A DNA stretch of 64,000 nt, taken from NCBI RefSeq assembly GCF_003918875.1, contig NW_025767009.1, positions 558,001-622,000 on the forward strand. The letters are read 5' to 3'. Within the stretch, counting starts at the first letter, position 1. Each line of letters starts with the position of its first letter. Under the pieces are notes generated by a model. It saw only the letters and a list, made by a program, of their open reading frames with translations, made no database searches and was not told where the DNA came from. A program made the translations under genes and the position numbers. Origin of the DNA: Haliotis rubra. Lineage: Eukaryota. This document shows, in pieces, positions 25,521-38,532 of the stretch.

Positions 25521-26235
25521 AAGATTACTCAGTCCTAACTGAAAAAGGTATCATATATTGATCTATATGGGACCATAGCGATGATACGAAATGTATTATT
25601 TTTTGCGCTGGAAGTTCAGAAATAGGGTGATTGAAGTTTCAAATTAAAAAAGTGTCTTTAAGCCACTTTAGGAGAATATAATGGTATATCTCCATCGTAT
25701 ATTTTGTCTTTCATAAGTCTTTTTCAGAATGTTATGTTATAGTGATTTATTTGAATTTATACTAAAATGACATATAAGTTTCGCAGCTACCCGAAGGTGT
25801 TTACAGTCCTGTATACAATCAGTGCACCTCAAACATTAGAAGGGAGTATTGCTTAATGTGTGTCTAACAGATCAATTATATGATAACTAAGCAGAGTATT
25901 AGAGTTATTTTTTCCTTCTCACGTACAAGAAAAATCTGAGTTTGTCACGGTGTTCGCATTTCTTCTCACATTAACCAAGTCTCATAGTATATGACAACAG
26001 TAAATTATCCTTACGACAATATAAAAAATATCTCATCATGATTTTTTGTAGGAATGCAATTTGTAAATGTGAACGTGTTCTTAATGTTATTTTTTCTAAC
26101 TCAAAAGAAACTGGTGCACAGCTTCAGAAGTTACGACACCTTGACTTTATAAGAGACATATAACAGATGACATTTGTTTTGAAAATATATATTGGAGCCG
26201 TGATGCATTCATGAAACGATAAAACTTCACTGAAT

Positions 26236-26399
26236 GGGGTGTTGGGATGCCTAATGGTTAAAGCGTCCGCTCTTTATGCTGAAGACCCGGGCTCAATTCT
26301 CCACATGGGTACATTGTGTGAAGCCCATTTCTGGTGTCCCCCGCTGATATTGCTGGAATATTGCTTAAAGCGGCGTAAAACTATACTCACTCACTCACA
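26236..26399 (+). mobile_element. SINE family A
   Basis: Full length; flanks cactga(a/g)tggg. Confidence 0.9.
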
Positions 26400-27270
26400 C
26401 ACTGAGTGGGTGACGCTGATGTATCGTTATTTTAATAAGTTTGATAAGTTGAAAGGAAAGTCGTTAGTAAAGTCTCAGAGTTCATCACCTTAGAGACACC
26501 AGCGAGGCCGACTATTGCGCCGACAAAATTAGAAAAATAACCAGGCGAACAGGGATTCGTACTGTCGATTATAGATTCCAGGCGCGCATAAGGGACGCAA
26601 CTCTTCACAGCGGCGCCTCAAACGACTTGGCCACCCGTGACAGCTCGCGCACCGAGTGAGTAAGGGAGTAACTGTTGCTTTAAGCCGCATCAGGAATTGT
26701 GCAGCTATTCGCGGCTAGTGGTACACTGAGAACATGCATTGCGAGTATATATACTAAAAAATAGTTTTCCGGATTAGTTTTCAATGCAAGCAAATTAATG
26801 CAACATTAGGAATGAGGTATGTTCTAATGATCTAATAAAGTTTACTTGTGCAGATGAAACAGATTGGTTGATAAACACTGATGAAATCGAAATCATGTAA
26901 ACGTTAATATCACCACACATGCATAAATCCATTTACAAAGAAATATTGTGCAAGAAACAATATGAGAAATTACTCCTTTCGACAGCCTTGTTTTTTTGTT
27001 TTGTTTAACGCCGCTCTCAGCAATATTCCCGCTACATGGCTGTATTCTTGTTTAAAATTGATAATTGCAAAATATTGAATCACCATTAGATACAGACTAT
27101 TATAGAGATTCTGCCGGGTCGATTCAAATGGCTCACTCGTTGTTGAACATAATGTTAAAAGCAACCTAATTTAGAGAAAGCATGGTTTAGGGAAAGTTTA
27201 AAACAAGCCCCGCGTCACTTTGAATCATACGCCACTTTGTGCAATGTCGTGGGAGGAAATCCCGTAGTTA

Positions 27271-28126
27271 TAGTATGACCAGAAATTATTGAGAATTTTA
27301 GGAATATGTTTAATTGGATTTCTAGTATAAACAACCTTGACCAGCTATCAAGTGCTTGGTTTCATTCAAGAGAGACAACTCCGTTAATCCTTTTCATTAG
27401 TTTGTGAAGAGTTATCCCCCTTTGTTTACTTGCTAGCAGACGACAGTTTCAGTGATCCTCAGTATGGATGATTTAGAGGAGAGGAAGTTGATTTTAGAGT
27501 ATTATAACGAGGACATCAGATCAGCTAAAGTAATTTCAAGTAGAACAGGCATCCCTTTGTCCAGTGTTTATCGTGTTTTGACAAATATTGCAAATGGATA
27601 TGAAAATGAAATTCTGGACCAAACAAACTGAAAAAACTTTGTATCATCGCCCAAAGTACAGTCCGAAATTTAACGTTGGGGGTGTCATATCTGTGTTAGG
27701 GGCAACGCCCCTCTGTGTATTTGAATGGAATATGAACAGTGAGCGGTACACAGATATTCTCGAGGGACATTTACTTCCATGTGCTCACGTGTTCTATGGA
27801 CATTTTTGGATTTTCCAGCAGGACAACGACCCAAAACATCGTTCAAAGCATTCACAGGCCTGGTTTCGGACCCAAAATATGACATTATTAGATTGGCCAA
27901 GCTATAGCCCTGACCTGAATCCAATAGAAACTGTTTGGGGACGTATGAACTTCTTTGATCAGTAGTATGCCCCGCCGCCTTGAAGCCTGCATTGCTCCCC
28001 ATGGTGACTTGACAAAATACTACTGTTCACCTGTCTTGGAATCTGGAGTTATGTTCTGCTGAGTAATGAGTGAAAAATATATAAAAAAATACAATCTTAA
28101 ATTCTCAATAATTTCTGGTTGTACTG
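27271..28126 (+). mobile_element. Internally deleted copy of the 20943-22221 Tc1 element
   Basis: Both TIRs intact (agtatgaccagaaattattgagaattt / aaattctcaataatttctggttgtactg) with TA flanks. Two deletions of about 335 and about 93 bp relative to the first copy. Confidence 0.95.
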
Positions 28127-28192
28127 TATATGAATCGTAGGCAGTTGCCGTTCTCCTGAATACCACGGTATTTGGTATGGTGTTGACAAAAC

Positions 28193-28305
28193 GGTGTGTC
28201 GTTGTACAAAACAACCTTAGCGCTAAAACTTCCATAAGCCTATGTTAAGGTATGGGTGTTTACAGTCACCTTTCAGCGCTAAGATCGCTTTGTACAACGG
28301 CACCC
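28193..28305. mobile_element. Palindromic MITE, diverged relative of the 36520/38533 family
   Basis: gtgtcgttgtacaaa...tttgtacaacggcac arms; internal cttagcgcta motif and tatgttaa-gtatgg spacer. Confidence 0.7.
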
Positions 28306-28704
28306 AGGACATCAAAAACAGGATTAGAACAAGAACTTTGTTGCCTTGGATAACATAGCAACTCGATGTCGCAATTCATTTATTAAATAAGCAAATGTCT
28401 TTTGAAGAAACCTTTACAGACAGTGTCTCTTATCTTCCCTCATGGGTAGTTATATCATCTATGAATTAATTCCTTTGTGACAGGCAGATACTGAGAATGA
28501 CAGTTGCCATGTCGCTAACATAACCAAAGGAAATCAATTTGAACATTGGTAATCGTCAGGTCACTGAAGTCAAGAAGAACGTTAATTGAGCAAATGTCAC
28601 CACGATATTTGAAAATCAATAACCGGTTTACTTAACGAAATTTACCACGGGCTGAAGGTATGTCCATACATACATGCTTGCATAACAGTGTAAACAACAC
28701 TTAT

Positions 28705-29282
28705 TGGGAATTATACCCTCACGACACTGGGAATTATACCCACATAACACTGGGAATTATACGCACATGACACTGAGAATTATACCCACATGACACTGAG
28801 AATTATACCCTCATAACACTGGGAATTATACCCACATGACACTGAGAATTATACCCACATGACACTGGGAATTATACCCACATAACACTGGGAATTATAC
28901 CCACATAACACTGGGAATTATACCCACATGACACTGAGAATTATACCCTCATAACACTCGGAATCATACCCACATAGCACTGGGAAATATACCCTCATGG
29001 CACTGGGAATTATACCCACATAACACTGGGAATTATACCAACATAACACTGGGAATTATACCAACATAACACTGGGAACTACACCCTCATAACACTAGAA
29101 ATCATACCCACATAATCCTGGGAATTATACCCACATAACACTGGGAATTATACCCTTATTACACTAGAAATCATACCCACATAATCCTGGGAATTATACC
29201 CTCATAACACTGGGAATTATACCCACATAACACTGGGAATCATACCCACATAACACTGGGAATTATACCCTCATAACACTAG
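28705..29282. repeat. 23-bp minisatellite (ACACTGGGAATTATACCCACATA), about 25 copies
   Basis: Direct observation. Confidence 0.96.
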
Positions 29283-30071
29283 ACCTTTGAGTCAGTTTGG
29301 TTTGAACAGTTGGTAGGTTTCATTCCAGCGTTAGTAACCAGGATAACCCTAAACATGGGTGCTGACAAACCTAGAACTATATTCAGGGATTCGAACGCAC
29401 GATCAAAGGATGCTGACACGCCCTTCTCCACTCAGCTCTACACAAAGAACTGTAATACACACAGTGCATGCTCAGATCTAAACATGTTTCGTCATGTGTT
29501 TAAACCCTAAACCAAGTAGGTAATTAGCGCGTTCTCTCTAAGCGTCTGAACGCATGATTTGAGAAATGGCTGGAACACGTTATTCTTTTTGGACGTTATT
29601 CGATCTTCGATGTTCTTAGCCTTACGACTGAACAATATTATCTTTGGACGCTATTGCTGAAAGTCAAGGTTCATACCACGTGATGCCACATAAAACTGGA
29701 CAACATTTGTGTGAATTACTGGGAAGGTGATAGTATTTTGGTTTTAATCGGAAACCTTTCTTTCTCTTACGAGAAGTGCATCACCTTAAAAACCACGCCA
29801 TGAGTCAGTGGGCAGAAATGTATTTGTAAGTGTCAACTGTTCCCTGTTGGGGAATAATCTAATTACAGGAGAAAACATCCCGGCGCTTTCTGTTACCATT
29901 CCAGACATAGATTACTTCCACTTCAGTAGCCCTTAAAGGGGCTGGAGCACAAGTGGTGGAACTTTGTACTGTATATACATTTTGATGATTAATTTAAATG
30001 AAAATGAAATATTAGTGATTGTTACAAGTGTTTGAAATGTGTGACCGACATGTCCTGTCTATTCAACCAGG

Positions 30072-31200
30072 GATAGCATGACTTTTTTGGTCTGATATCA
30101 TGCTTCTTAATGCCTGATATCATGCTTCTTAATGTCTGATATCATGCTTCTTAATCTCTGATATCATGCTTCTTAATGTCTGATATCATGTTTTTTTAAT
30201 ATCTGATAGCATGTTTCTTAATGTCCGATAACATGCTTTTTAATGTCTGATAGCATGTTCCTTAATGTCTGATAGCATGCCTCTTAATGCCTGATAGCAT
30301 GCATCTAATGTCTGATAGCATGTTCCTTAATGCCTGATAGCATGTTTCTTAATGACTGATAGCATGTTCCTTAATGCCTGATAGCATGTTCCTTAATGCC
30401 TGATAGCATGTTTCTTAATGCCTGATAGCATGCCTCTTAATGCCTGATAGCATGTTCCTTAATGCCTGATAGCATGCATCTAATGTCTGATAGCATGTTC
30501 CTTAATGCCTGATAGCATGTTTCTTAATGCCTGATAGCATGTTTCTTAATGTCTGATAGCATGTTTCTTAATGCCTGATAGCATGTTCCTTAATGCCTGA
30601 TAGCATGTTCCTTATTGCCTGATAGCATGTTCCTTAATGCCTGATAGCATGTTTATTAATGTCTGATAACATGTTCCTTAATGCCTAAATGGCATGTTTC
30701 TTAATGTCTGATAGCGTGTTTCTTTATGCCTGATATCTGATAGCATGTCTCTTAATGTCTGATAGCATGTTCCTTAATGTCTGATATCTGATAGCATGTT
30801 CCTTAATGCCTGATAGCATGTTCCTTAATGCCTGATAGCATGTTTATTAATGTCTGATAGCCTGTTCCTTAATGTCTGATAGCATGTTCCTTAATGTCTG
30901 ATAGCATGTTTCTTAATGTCTGATAGCATGTTCCTTAATGTCTGATAGCATGTTTCTTAATGTCTGATAGCATGTTCCTTAATGTCTGATAGCATGTTCC
31001 TTAATGCCTGATAGCATGTTCCTTAATGTCTGATAGCATGTTCCTTAATGTCTCGTAGCATGTTTCTTAATGTTTCGTAGCATGTTTCCTGACTGTAAGA
31101 TGGCATGCTTCATGGATGAGTGATAGCATGTTTCTAAATATCTAATAGCAAGCTTCAAGGGTGTAAGATAGGGTGTTTCCTGAAGTTAGATGGCATGCTT
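30072..31200. repeat. 22-bp minisatellite (TGATAGCATGTTCCTTAATGYC), about 50 copies
   Basis: Direct observation; decays at both edges. Confidence 0.96.
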
Positions 31201-31860
31201 CATGGATGTGTGAGCATTATTCATGAATATTTGTCAAAGAAATTACGACCTCCTGCCGTACCACCAACCACAACCATCTCTTTCCTCCATTATCCCCCAA
31301 ACAGAAACACAAAATCCCCACGAAGGCTGTTCTCACTGCACCCCCTCCCAACAACCCCCGTTATTTCTTCCCCTTATTCTCAGTGCTCCCATCTCTTCCC
31401 CATTTTTCTTCCAGTCTCTTGACTCCGTTACCTCGCTTCCTTGCTAAAACAAATAAAGGGGTGTGCCACGATTCTGATTGAATGTGTTAGCATTGATTTA
31501 TCACAGCCATTACCATGTGAAGATGTCCTAGCACGCGAACTCTGGCCGTTCGGAACTTGCTTCCACGGCGCACTGTGAACGCAGACACGTCACGTTGTAA
31601 GCGTTCAACTTGGGGCCGAAAACTGATGCTTTCACCACGCCCTGTAAGTGGCACTTAGCTGCTTAAATTGTCACAAGTACAACTTACGGCACAGGGAGGC
31701 ATCGGTTATGTTTTCACTGATACAAATCTTGACAAAGATTTGCTCTGATTACAGCGTCTTTTGAACGAGCGAGAAAATGCACTATCTCACTGAAAGCTAA
31801 CGTCTTTGGGTATTTGTTCACCGACCAAATTAGTAGCTACGAAAACAGGAGTGGTTGTGG

Positions 31861-32037
31861 CATAGGCGGATCCAGATCCCCCCATTGCCCTGAAAGTTTA
31901 TTAAATGACCATTGAAACTCTCGTGTAAACAGGTGAAAACGAAGTGTGCAAAAAACAACAACAACAAAAAAACCACCCCCGTACCCCCCTTCTGAACTGT
32001 GCAGCTCTCCTTTCTAAAAAAGCTGTATCATCCCTTG
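31861..32037. mobile_element. hAT-type MITE remnant
   Basis: Left end ggcggatccag, decayed right end ctgtatcatccc; gttgtggcat duplicated at 31854-31863 / 32037-32046. Confidence 0.6.
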
Positions 32038-34309
32038 TTGTGGCATATTTTGCACTGATCTATAACTAATGATGGTGATTGTTATCATTTTAATCCATCT
32101 GTCTTGGAATTTTGCCCGTGTGCAAGTATCTAAATAAACCTGGATTTCTAACAGTTTCTTTTAGTTCAACTTGGCAGTATTCTGAAAAAATCAATATTCG
32201 CCAAGGCATTAACACACTGGCTTACAGTAAGTTTCACGTGTCTGTTAAATCCTTGGGGTACATCTGTTTTAAAGTACTTCTCCCATATACCAGCTGTGTC
32301 ATGCACTACAATTAGACCAGCATGTACAAGACAAAACGTTTCTTCTTGAATCCTCACCATGGGGCATGCTACTGTCAATAATGGGAAACATGCTTCACTA
32401 AAAATGATTTAATACCAATGATCGAAGAACCTGCTTGTATAATAAATATTATAAAAAAATTGATTAGCTGTCGAGATAAATTCAGTTACATCTGACGTCT
32501 ACCCTTAGCAGCATGCATGGATATCTGGTAATGTTAAAAACTGATTGTAATTTGATCATATTCTCTTTCGCTCTTGTCTCATTTAGGACCCATCAAGGCA
32601 TCAAATATCACAAAACTTAAACTGGAAAAAAAATCCGAATCGCCTTCCATTTGCAGTTCCGAAACCGCACATGTGTATGGCAAATGGAAGCAGTGTTGAT
32701 AGACAAGTAACAAAAATATGTAATGGAACTATGGCATTTGGTTAAAGTTGCAACAGTAAAAATTATTAAAAATGCATTTCGGTTTCTGCCCTTGTTAAAA
32801 TTTCCCGTTCAAGCCACAAGAGCAGATAACTCTAAACGTACGAGGGGCAGTGTTTGTCTAGTTCGACGCACAACATCGTAACACAGTGAACTACTACGCA
32901 TTTTACAACAATAAAACGTTTTATTCAATACATACCATAATTCAGAAATAAATATTTGAAATATTACATGGCATTTAAAACCCCACAAGAAATTAGTAAC
33001 AGGACACATGTTTTTATGAAAATGTTATCTTAGACCTGAGTCATGTAGCCTCGAGTTGAGAAATGCTATATGAGACAATGAATGACACGTATCAGCAGAT
33101 GCGTACGGTAATTCATATATACCAATTGACAGTTAAGGGCTGTAGGGGATTTGCGAGATGGACGTTTTTTGCCCATTACCTTTTAACTCTTGGAATCCAA
33201 TACACCGAGTTGGTTCCACGCAGAGTATTCACGATTTATGGAGACAATAACCACATCAGATATCAGGAAATCTCATTTCTGTTGAGAAATTTTATTCTTT
33301 TGTTTAACGTTTTGTTTTAGGTTTTGTTTAAGGTATCTTTAATTCAGCCTGTTGTTTGTTTACAATTGTTGGAGAATCGTGTCAGTATTCTGTCCATATT
33401 GTTAAAGTTGACGCGAATCCAATAACACACGAACCAATGTTTCTTTGAATAATTCAGAAAACTACACGTTAATATTGTCCTTTCGGAAAAGGACATGGAA
33501 AATTATTAAAGACTCGAAATAAAGGACAATCTGCCAATAGTAAATTACTGTTTGGAATCTGCGGAGACATTTGGTTATTTAACGTAGTTGGTCCTCCAGA
33601 GTGTGTGACTACGAGCGGGCGCTCCAACAGTGAGACGAAACATTTCTGTCCGTGAAGGATAAAGGGAAGATGATGGCCAGTTTGACCCATTGGAATGGTC
33701 AAATGTTTTGGAAACAGCCTTTTAAAGTTCTAGGTCTTCTTGTACTTGTACGTTTTAGATTTCTGGGGTTCCTAAATACATAAGTACGCTTGGTTGAAAA
33801 AACCCTGGAGGGGGACTGATGTGTTGAACCGCAAGAGAAAATCTTCACATCTAAGTCCACGGCCTAAGAAGATGTTTCCTTTACCATAAGTTTGTTCGTT
33901 CTGTCTTCAACTAAGGCACACGTCACGATATGGCTGAAATATTGCCGATGTGACGATAAATATTAATTCACTCATCTAAGATACTGCTAAAACAATCAGA
34001 TCAGCCAACAAACTGGCTTATGAATATGAGACAATACAAGAGAATAAATTGTCTTCAAACAGATTCCAATTGGCATAAAGGGCAAAATGACAGCGAATGG
34101 TATACGAACTGACCACTGAAAATGTCACTAGGTGGTGCCGAAATGTGAGAACATGCCCTGCCCTTCCCGTAGCGCCCGCCATTCATACAATGTGTTAGTA
34201 TGTATTTGTATGACATATACAAAAGCAAGGCGACAGTGACATGTAAACAACGTTGCAGCTTTAAGATTTCGGCTAAAACATTCCTATCGTAGTTGACTCA
34301 GAATACATA

Positions 34310-35769
34310 AACTAGCGTCCAAAAAGAAACGCCACCAAAATAAAAATTATCATAAATTGTCAAAATAATTGCCAATCTGCTGAAAAACGGCTAAAAACAC
34401 ATCCCTCGAACACAGCCTGTCTCTTCCCAGTGAACAGGTGCACGAGATTTTGATGATTGGTGAGTTCAATGAATTCGCACAGAAAAAATGGAAATTGTGC
34501 ACAAAGTTACCCGTATGACATGAGGGTATAAAACCTGACTAGATTTGTTCTCTCTCATCATGTGACAAGATTGAAAGCAGCCAACATGCCTCGATTGACC
34601 AAAGAACAGAGGGAAAGAGCAATTGGTATGCTTCAGATGGGCGCAACACAGGAGCACGTGGCCAGGATCATGGGATGCTGCAAGTCCACCATCGCCACAC
34701 TTGTCACACGTCACAGACAGACTGGCAGTAGTGCTGACAGACCCAGGAGTGGCAGACCTAAGGTCACGACCCCACAAGAAGATCAATATTTACGGGTGCT
34801 TCATCTGAGAAACCGCTACCTCACTGTGACGTCATCAAGCGCCAATAGCCTTGGACATGCAGTCAGCAGACAGATCGTAGCAAGACGACTCCTTCAGCAT
34901 GGTATTTGTGCCTATCGACCTTTCAAGGGCATGACGTTAATGCTACGACACCGACGTGCCAGATTGAGGTGGGCCAGGACCGTAATGCAGTGGCAGCAGC
35001 GACGTCGGGGCGAAGGGACGGCACCTGCTTGCATCCAAGAAGTGGAGCATTACGGCGGTGGAGGCGTTATGGTCTGGGGTGGATTTTGTGGGGACCAGAA
35101 GACAGATCTCGTCATCATCAACGGTAATCTCACCGCACGTCGTTACATCGACGAGATTTTACGGCCTGTGGTGCTGCCTTACCTGCAATGTCACCCAAGG
35201 ACGCTGTTTCAACAGGACAACGCCACACCTCACACAGCTCGGATCACTAGTGACTTCCTCAACACTAACAACGTCAACCTGCTACAGTGGCCAGCGAAAT
35301 CACCCGATCTGTCTCCAATCGAACACCTCTGGGACCAGCTGGGGCAACGTATTCGGAAACGTCAACAGCCGCCATTGACTAGGGACGCTTTGGCAGTTGC
35401 CCTGCAAGAGGAGTGGCGCCGAATCCCTAATATTGACGTCAGAAGGCTCACATACTCAGTTCGACGCCGCGTTAGAGCCTGCATCACTGCTAGGGGTGGC
35501 CACACACGATACTGAATCATCTGTGTTGTTCAGGACAGTTTAAGACCTTAAAGACGAGTCAGCGTTGGCGATCGAATACTGGACACTGCACCCCTGTGTC
35601 ATCCATGTGCCTTCAGAACACGAACTGTTTCGTTTTTCTAACTGAAAGTTTCAAGAACTGTTGCTGAATGATTGTGTTTTACAATACAACACTTCTTGTT
35701 ACCATAATTTGCTTTTGTTGTGTTTTAGTGAAGAAAACTGTTTGGTGGCGTTTCTTTTGGACGCTAGTT
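34310..35769 (+). mobile_element. Tc1/mariner transposon with intact TIRs
   Basis: TA | aactagcgtccaaaaagaaacgccaccaaa ... tttggtggcgtttcttttggacgctagtt | TA; TATA-like gggtataaaa at about 34523. Confidence 0.96.
34586..35515 (+). CDS. Tc1 transposase, 309-aa open ORF lacking the first catalytic Asp segment
   Basis: MPRL...AIGML, RSGRP, GGGGVMVWG, QQDNA-34-SPIEH and GGHTRY are present. WQQ joins directly to RRRGE with no VLFSDES...DGR block. Confidence 0.85.
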   Translation: MPRLTKEQRERAIGMLQMGATQEHVARIMGCCKSTIATLVTRHRQTGSSADRPRSGRPKVTTPQEDQYLRVLHLRNRYLTVTSSSANSLGHAVSRQIVARRLLQHGICAYRPFKGMTLMLRHRRARLRWARTVMQWQQRRRGEGTAPACIQEVEHYGGGGVMVWGGFCGDQKTDLVIINGNLTARRYIDEILRPVVLPYLQCHPRTLFQQDNATPHTARITSDFLNTNNVNLLQWPAKSPDLSPIEHLWDQLGQRIRKRQQPPLTRDALAVALQEEWRRIPNIDVRRLTYSVRRRVRACITARGGHTRY

Positions 35770-35788
35770 TAGATGCTACAGATTCTAT

Positions 35789-35951
35789 GAGTGAGTGAGT
35801 GAGCGAGTTTAGTTTTACACCGCCGTTTGCAATATTCCAGCAATATCACGGCGGGGAACACCAGAAATGGGCTTCACACATTGTACCCATGTGGGGAATC
35901 GAACCCTGGTCTTCGGCGTGACGAGCGAACGCTTTAACCACTAGGCTTCCC
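35789..35951 (-). mobile_element. SINE family A
   Basis: Near consensus, full length. Confidence 0.93.
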
Positions 35952-36519
35952 CAAAACCCCCAGATCTTCGTTGACGTCAGTCAGCAACGGAAACATTGAC
36001 CTACTTCGAGAAAAGATATAACGTCAATTCAGGAGAATATCACATCTTCACACAGATTCCTTTGGACATAAAAGTCAAAACAGCTGGTAAAGTTATATAA
36101 ATGAAACACTGGGATTCACGGAATTTCCTGGAAAAGATTTCGTTTATTGTGTTCTAACAGCATCTGTCTTTATATCCAGTTCTCCGAATGGCGCAGAGCA
36201 CAGTTAGCCAAGCATTATCGGGAAAGAAATTCCAATTAATATGGATACATCTGCGAAATTTCACAACTTTTTCTAATCAAAACATTTCGCTCATCTCTTA
36301 ATCTGATCTTACGATCTCAAGGGGACTTTAACTACTTTGTCCCTTTAGGCCAAACCAATGTTTATTTTGCTACAGTTCAACGCAAATATTTCGTTTGCTT
36401 TAACACCACACTATATCCCGGTAATACGACGGCAGTCTGTAAATAATGGGCCAGACAAACCAGTGATTGATATTGCGAGCAACGATCGCAATCGACCAAG
36501 TCACCGAGGGTGGACACCT

Positions 36520-36628
36520 GGGCCTAGATTTTCGAAGCTCTCTTAGCGCTAAGACAGTCGTAAGTTAATGTTAATGTATGGCACTTACGACTATCTCAGC
36601 GCTAAGACAGCTTCGAAAATCTAGGCCC
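36520..36628. mobile_element. About 110-bp palindromic MITE (Harbinger/Tourist-like GGGCC ends)
   Basis: gggcctagattttcgaagctctcttagcgctaag ... mirrored arm; about 46-bp stems with 3 mismatches. Confidence 0.88.
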
Positions 36629-36659
36629 AGGTCCATCAGGTCGCCTCCTACAACCTGGG

Positions 36660-36897
36660 TGTTTGTTTGTTTCTTTATTGTTTTACGCTGCACTCAGCAA
36701 TATGTCAGCTGTATGGCGGCGGTTTGTAAATAATCGTGTCTGACTAGACAATCCAGTGATCAACATGATGTTCATCGATCTACGCAGTTGGGATACGATG
36801 ATATGTACAACCATGTCAGCGAGCCTGACCACCCGTAGACGCCTCTTACGACAAGCATGGTTTGCTAATGACCTATTCTTACAATGATCCTCACGGG
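36660..36897 (-). mobile_element. Retroposon family B
   Basis: 5' end reads cccgtgaggatc on the minus strand; (AAAC)-type tail. Confidence 0.88.
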
Positions 36898-38025
36898 TTA
36901 CACCCTGCGTGGGTTGCTGGGGCCAGTTCTTGTCAGAACTCACCACGGGCTTCGACTCCAACAGCAGTCCTTTATGACGTACTGAATTAGTTGCACAACT
37001 ACATTTTGAAACCGATGACATTACTGGCAACCGTGGTTACCTGGCGACCAACGTCATGAAGCAACGTTGCAAGTTCAATCTTGATTTTATTGTCCAATAA
37101 ACTCTAATTACATCAAAGGCATGTAGTTGAAAGGTATTATTACAGGAACAAAATGTCCAGTACCATTTTGAGTCATTACAATCTCCGGTCATCTACAGTT
37201 AGAAACAAAAGACATTTGAGTACAGCGTCATGCTTCTCAAACAAATTGGATTAAAACTCGTACGAGTTCTCAAGTACCAAATAACAAATTGCCGAGTGAA
37301 ACAAAAAATACCCACGTTTATATTACAGACTATGATGCTTATACTACAGTTCACATAAAGCTACCGGAATCAAATGTCCATCACCTACCTAACTGAATTA
37401 AATTGTCCTACCTTTCTGAAATATTATTCCTATGTAAAATTACCCACGGGCTTATTGCAAAAAGATTCTATCTGTATTATATCTTAAATTCTAAGACAGA
37501 TTTGGTTACGATTCCTTCAAGAACGGCAAGAAATTGATTTTCACAAGACAAATATTTCCGTCATACACATATGGAAATATATATCTCATTTTTTCCTCAG
37601 TGTGTTTTGTGGTGTTTTATCCGCTTGATAAATGGAAGATAATTGCACATGCAAGAGAAACCACATGCGATGAAATCATCCAGTGGACTACACATATGAA
37701 ATGTACAAGGGTTAAAACGTCACCAATGTAACATACGTGTCGATATACACGTGTCGACATAATGTACACAAGTAACGACATAATATAGCCTCCAGCTGAG
37801 CTGTGGTCATGTAGATGTACAAGCATACGTCACTGCCACTGAAATGTGATGTGTAAAATACACGATTCGTACTGACACAGGGTGACATATTCAGGGGAAT
37901 TATTCTGACTTACCTTGACAACTTTAGATGAGATGAAACGATGTTATCGCTTTATGTTACTACTGTTTCGAATGCCAATTATCATTGTTACTTCTACTAT
38001 CATTCATTCTCGAAACTAGGACTGA

Positions 38026-38251
38026 CCCGTGAAGATCCGGGTTAGAATTAATCTTTAGCAACCCTTGCTTGTCGTAAGGGACGACTAACAGGAACGGGTG
38101 GTAAGACTCTCTGACTTCGTTGACACATATCGCATCCCAGATCGATGCTCATACTGTTGATCACTGGATTATCTGTTCCAGACTCGATATTTTACAGACC
38201 AACGCCATATAGCTGGGACATTGCTGAGTGCGGCGTTAAACAACAAATATA
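38026..38251 (+). mobile_element. Retroposon family B
   Basis: Starts cccgtgaagatccgggttagaa; TSD-like cgaaac..actg flanks. Confidence 0.9.
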
Positions 38252-38308
38252 CGAAACAGCACTGCCATTCACTACTAGGTCTTCTATGCTACTACTTCGT
38301 ATACCACT

Positions 38309-38480
38309 GGGGCGGTGGGGTAGCCTAGTGGTTAAAGCGTTGGCTCGTCACGCCGAAGACCCGGGTTCGAATCCCCACATGGTTACAATGAGGGAAGCCC
38401 ATTTCTGGTGTCCCCCGCCGTGATATTGCTGGGATATTGCTAAAAGCGGCGTAAAACCAAACTCAGTAAGTCAGTCAGTC
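38309..38480 (+). mobile_element. SINE family A
   Basis: Full length; flanks at(a/g)ccactg. Confidence 0.93.
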
Positions 38481-38532
38481 ATGCCACTGCTACTACAACT
38501 ATTTACGATCTGGTATGCTCTCCAAATAACTA

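Noticed and set aside
28705-31200. CRISPR-like appearance of the 22-29 bp repeat arrays (also 540-1527)
   Set aside because: Units are directly head-to-tail with no unique spacers, there are no cas genes, and the context is eukaryotic.
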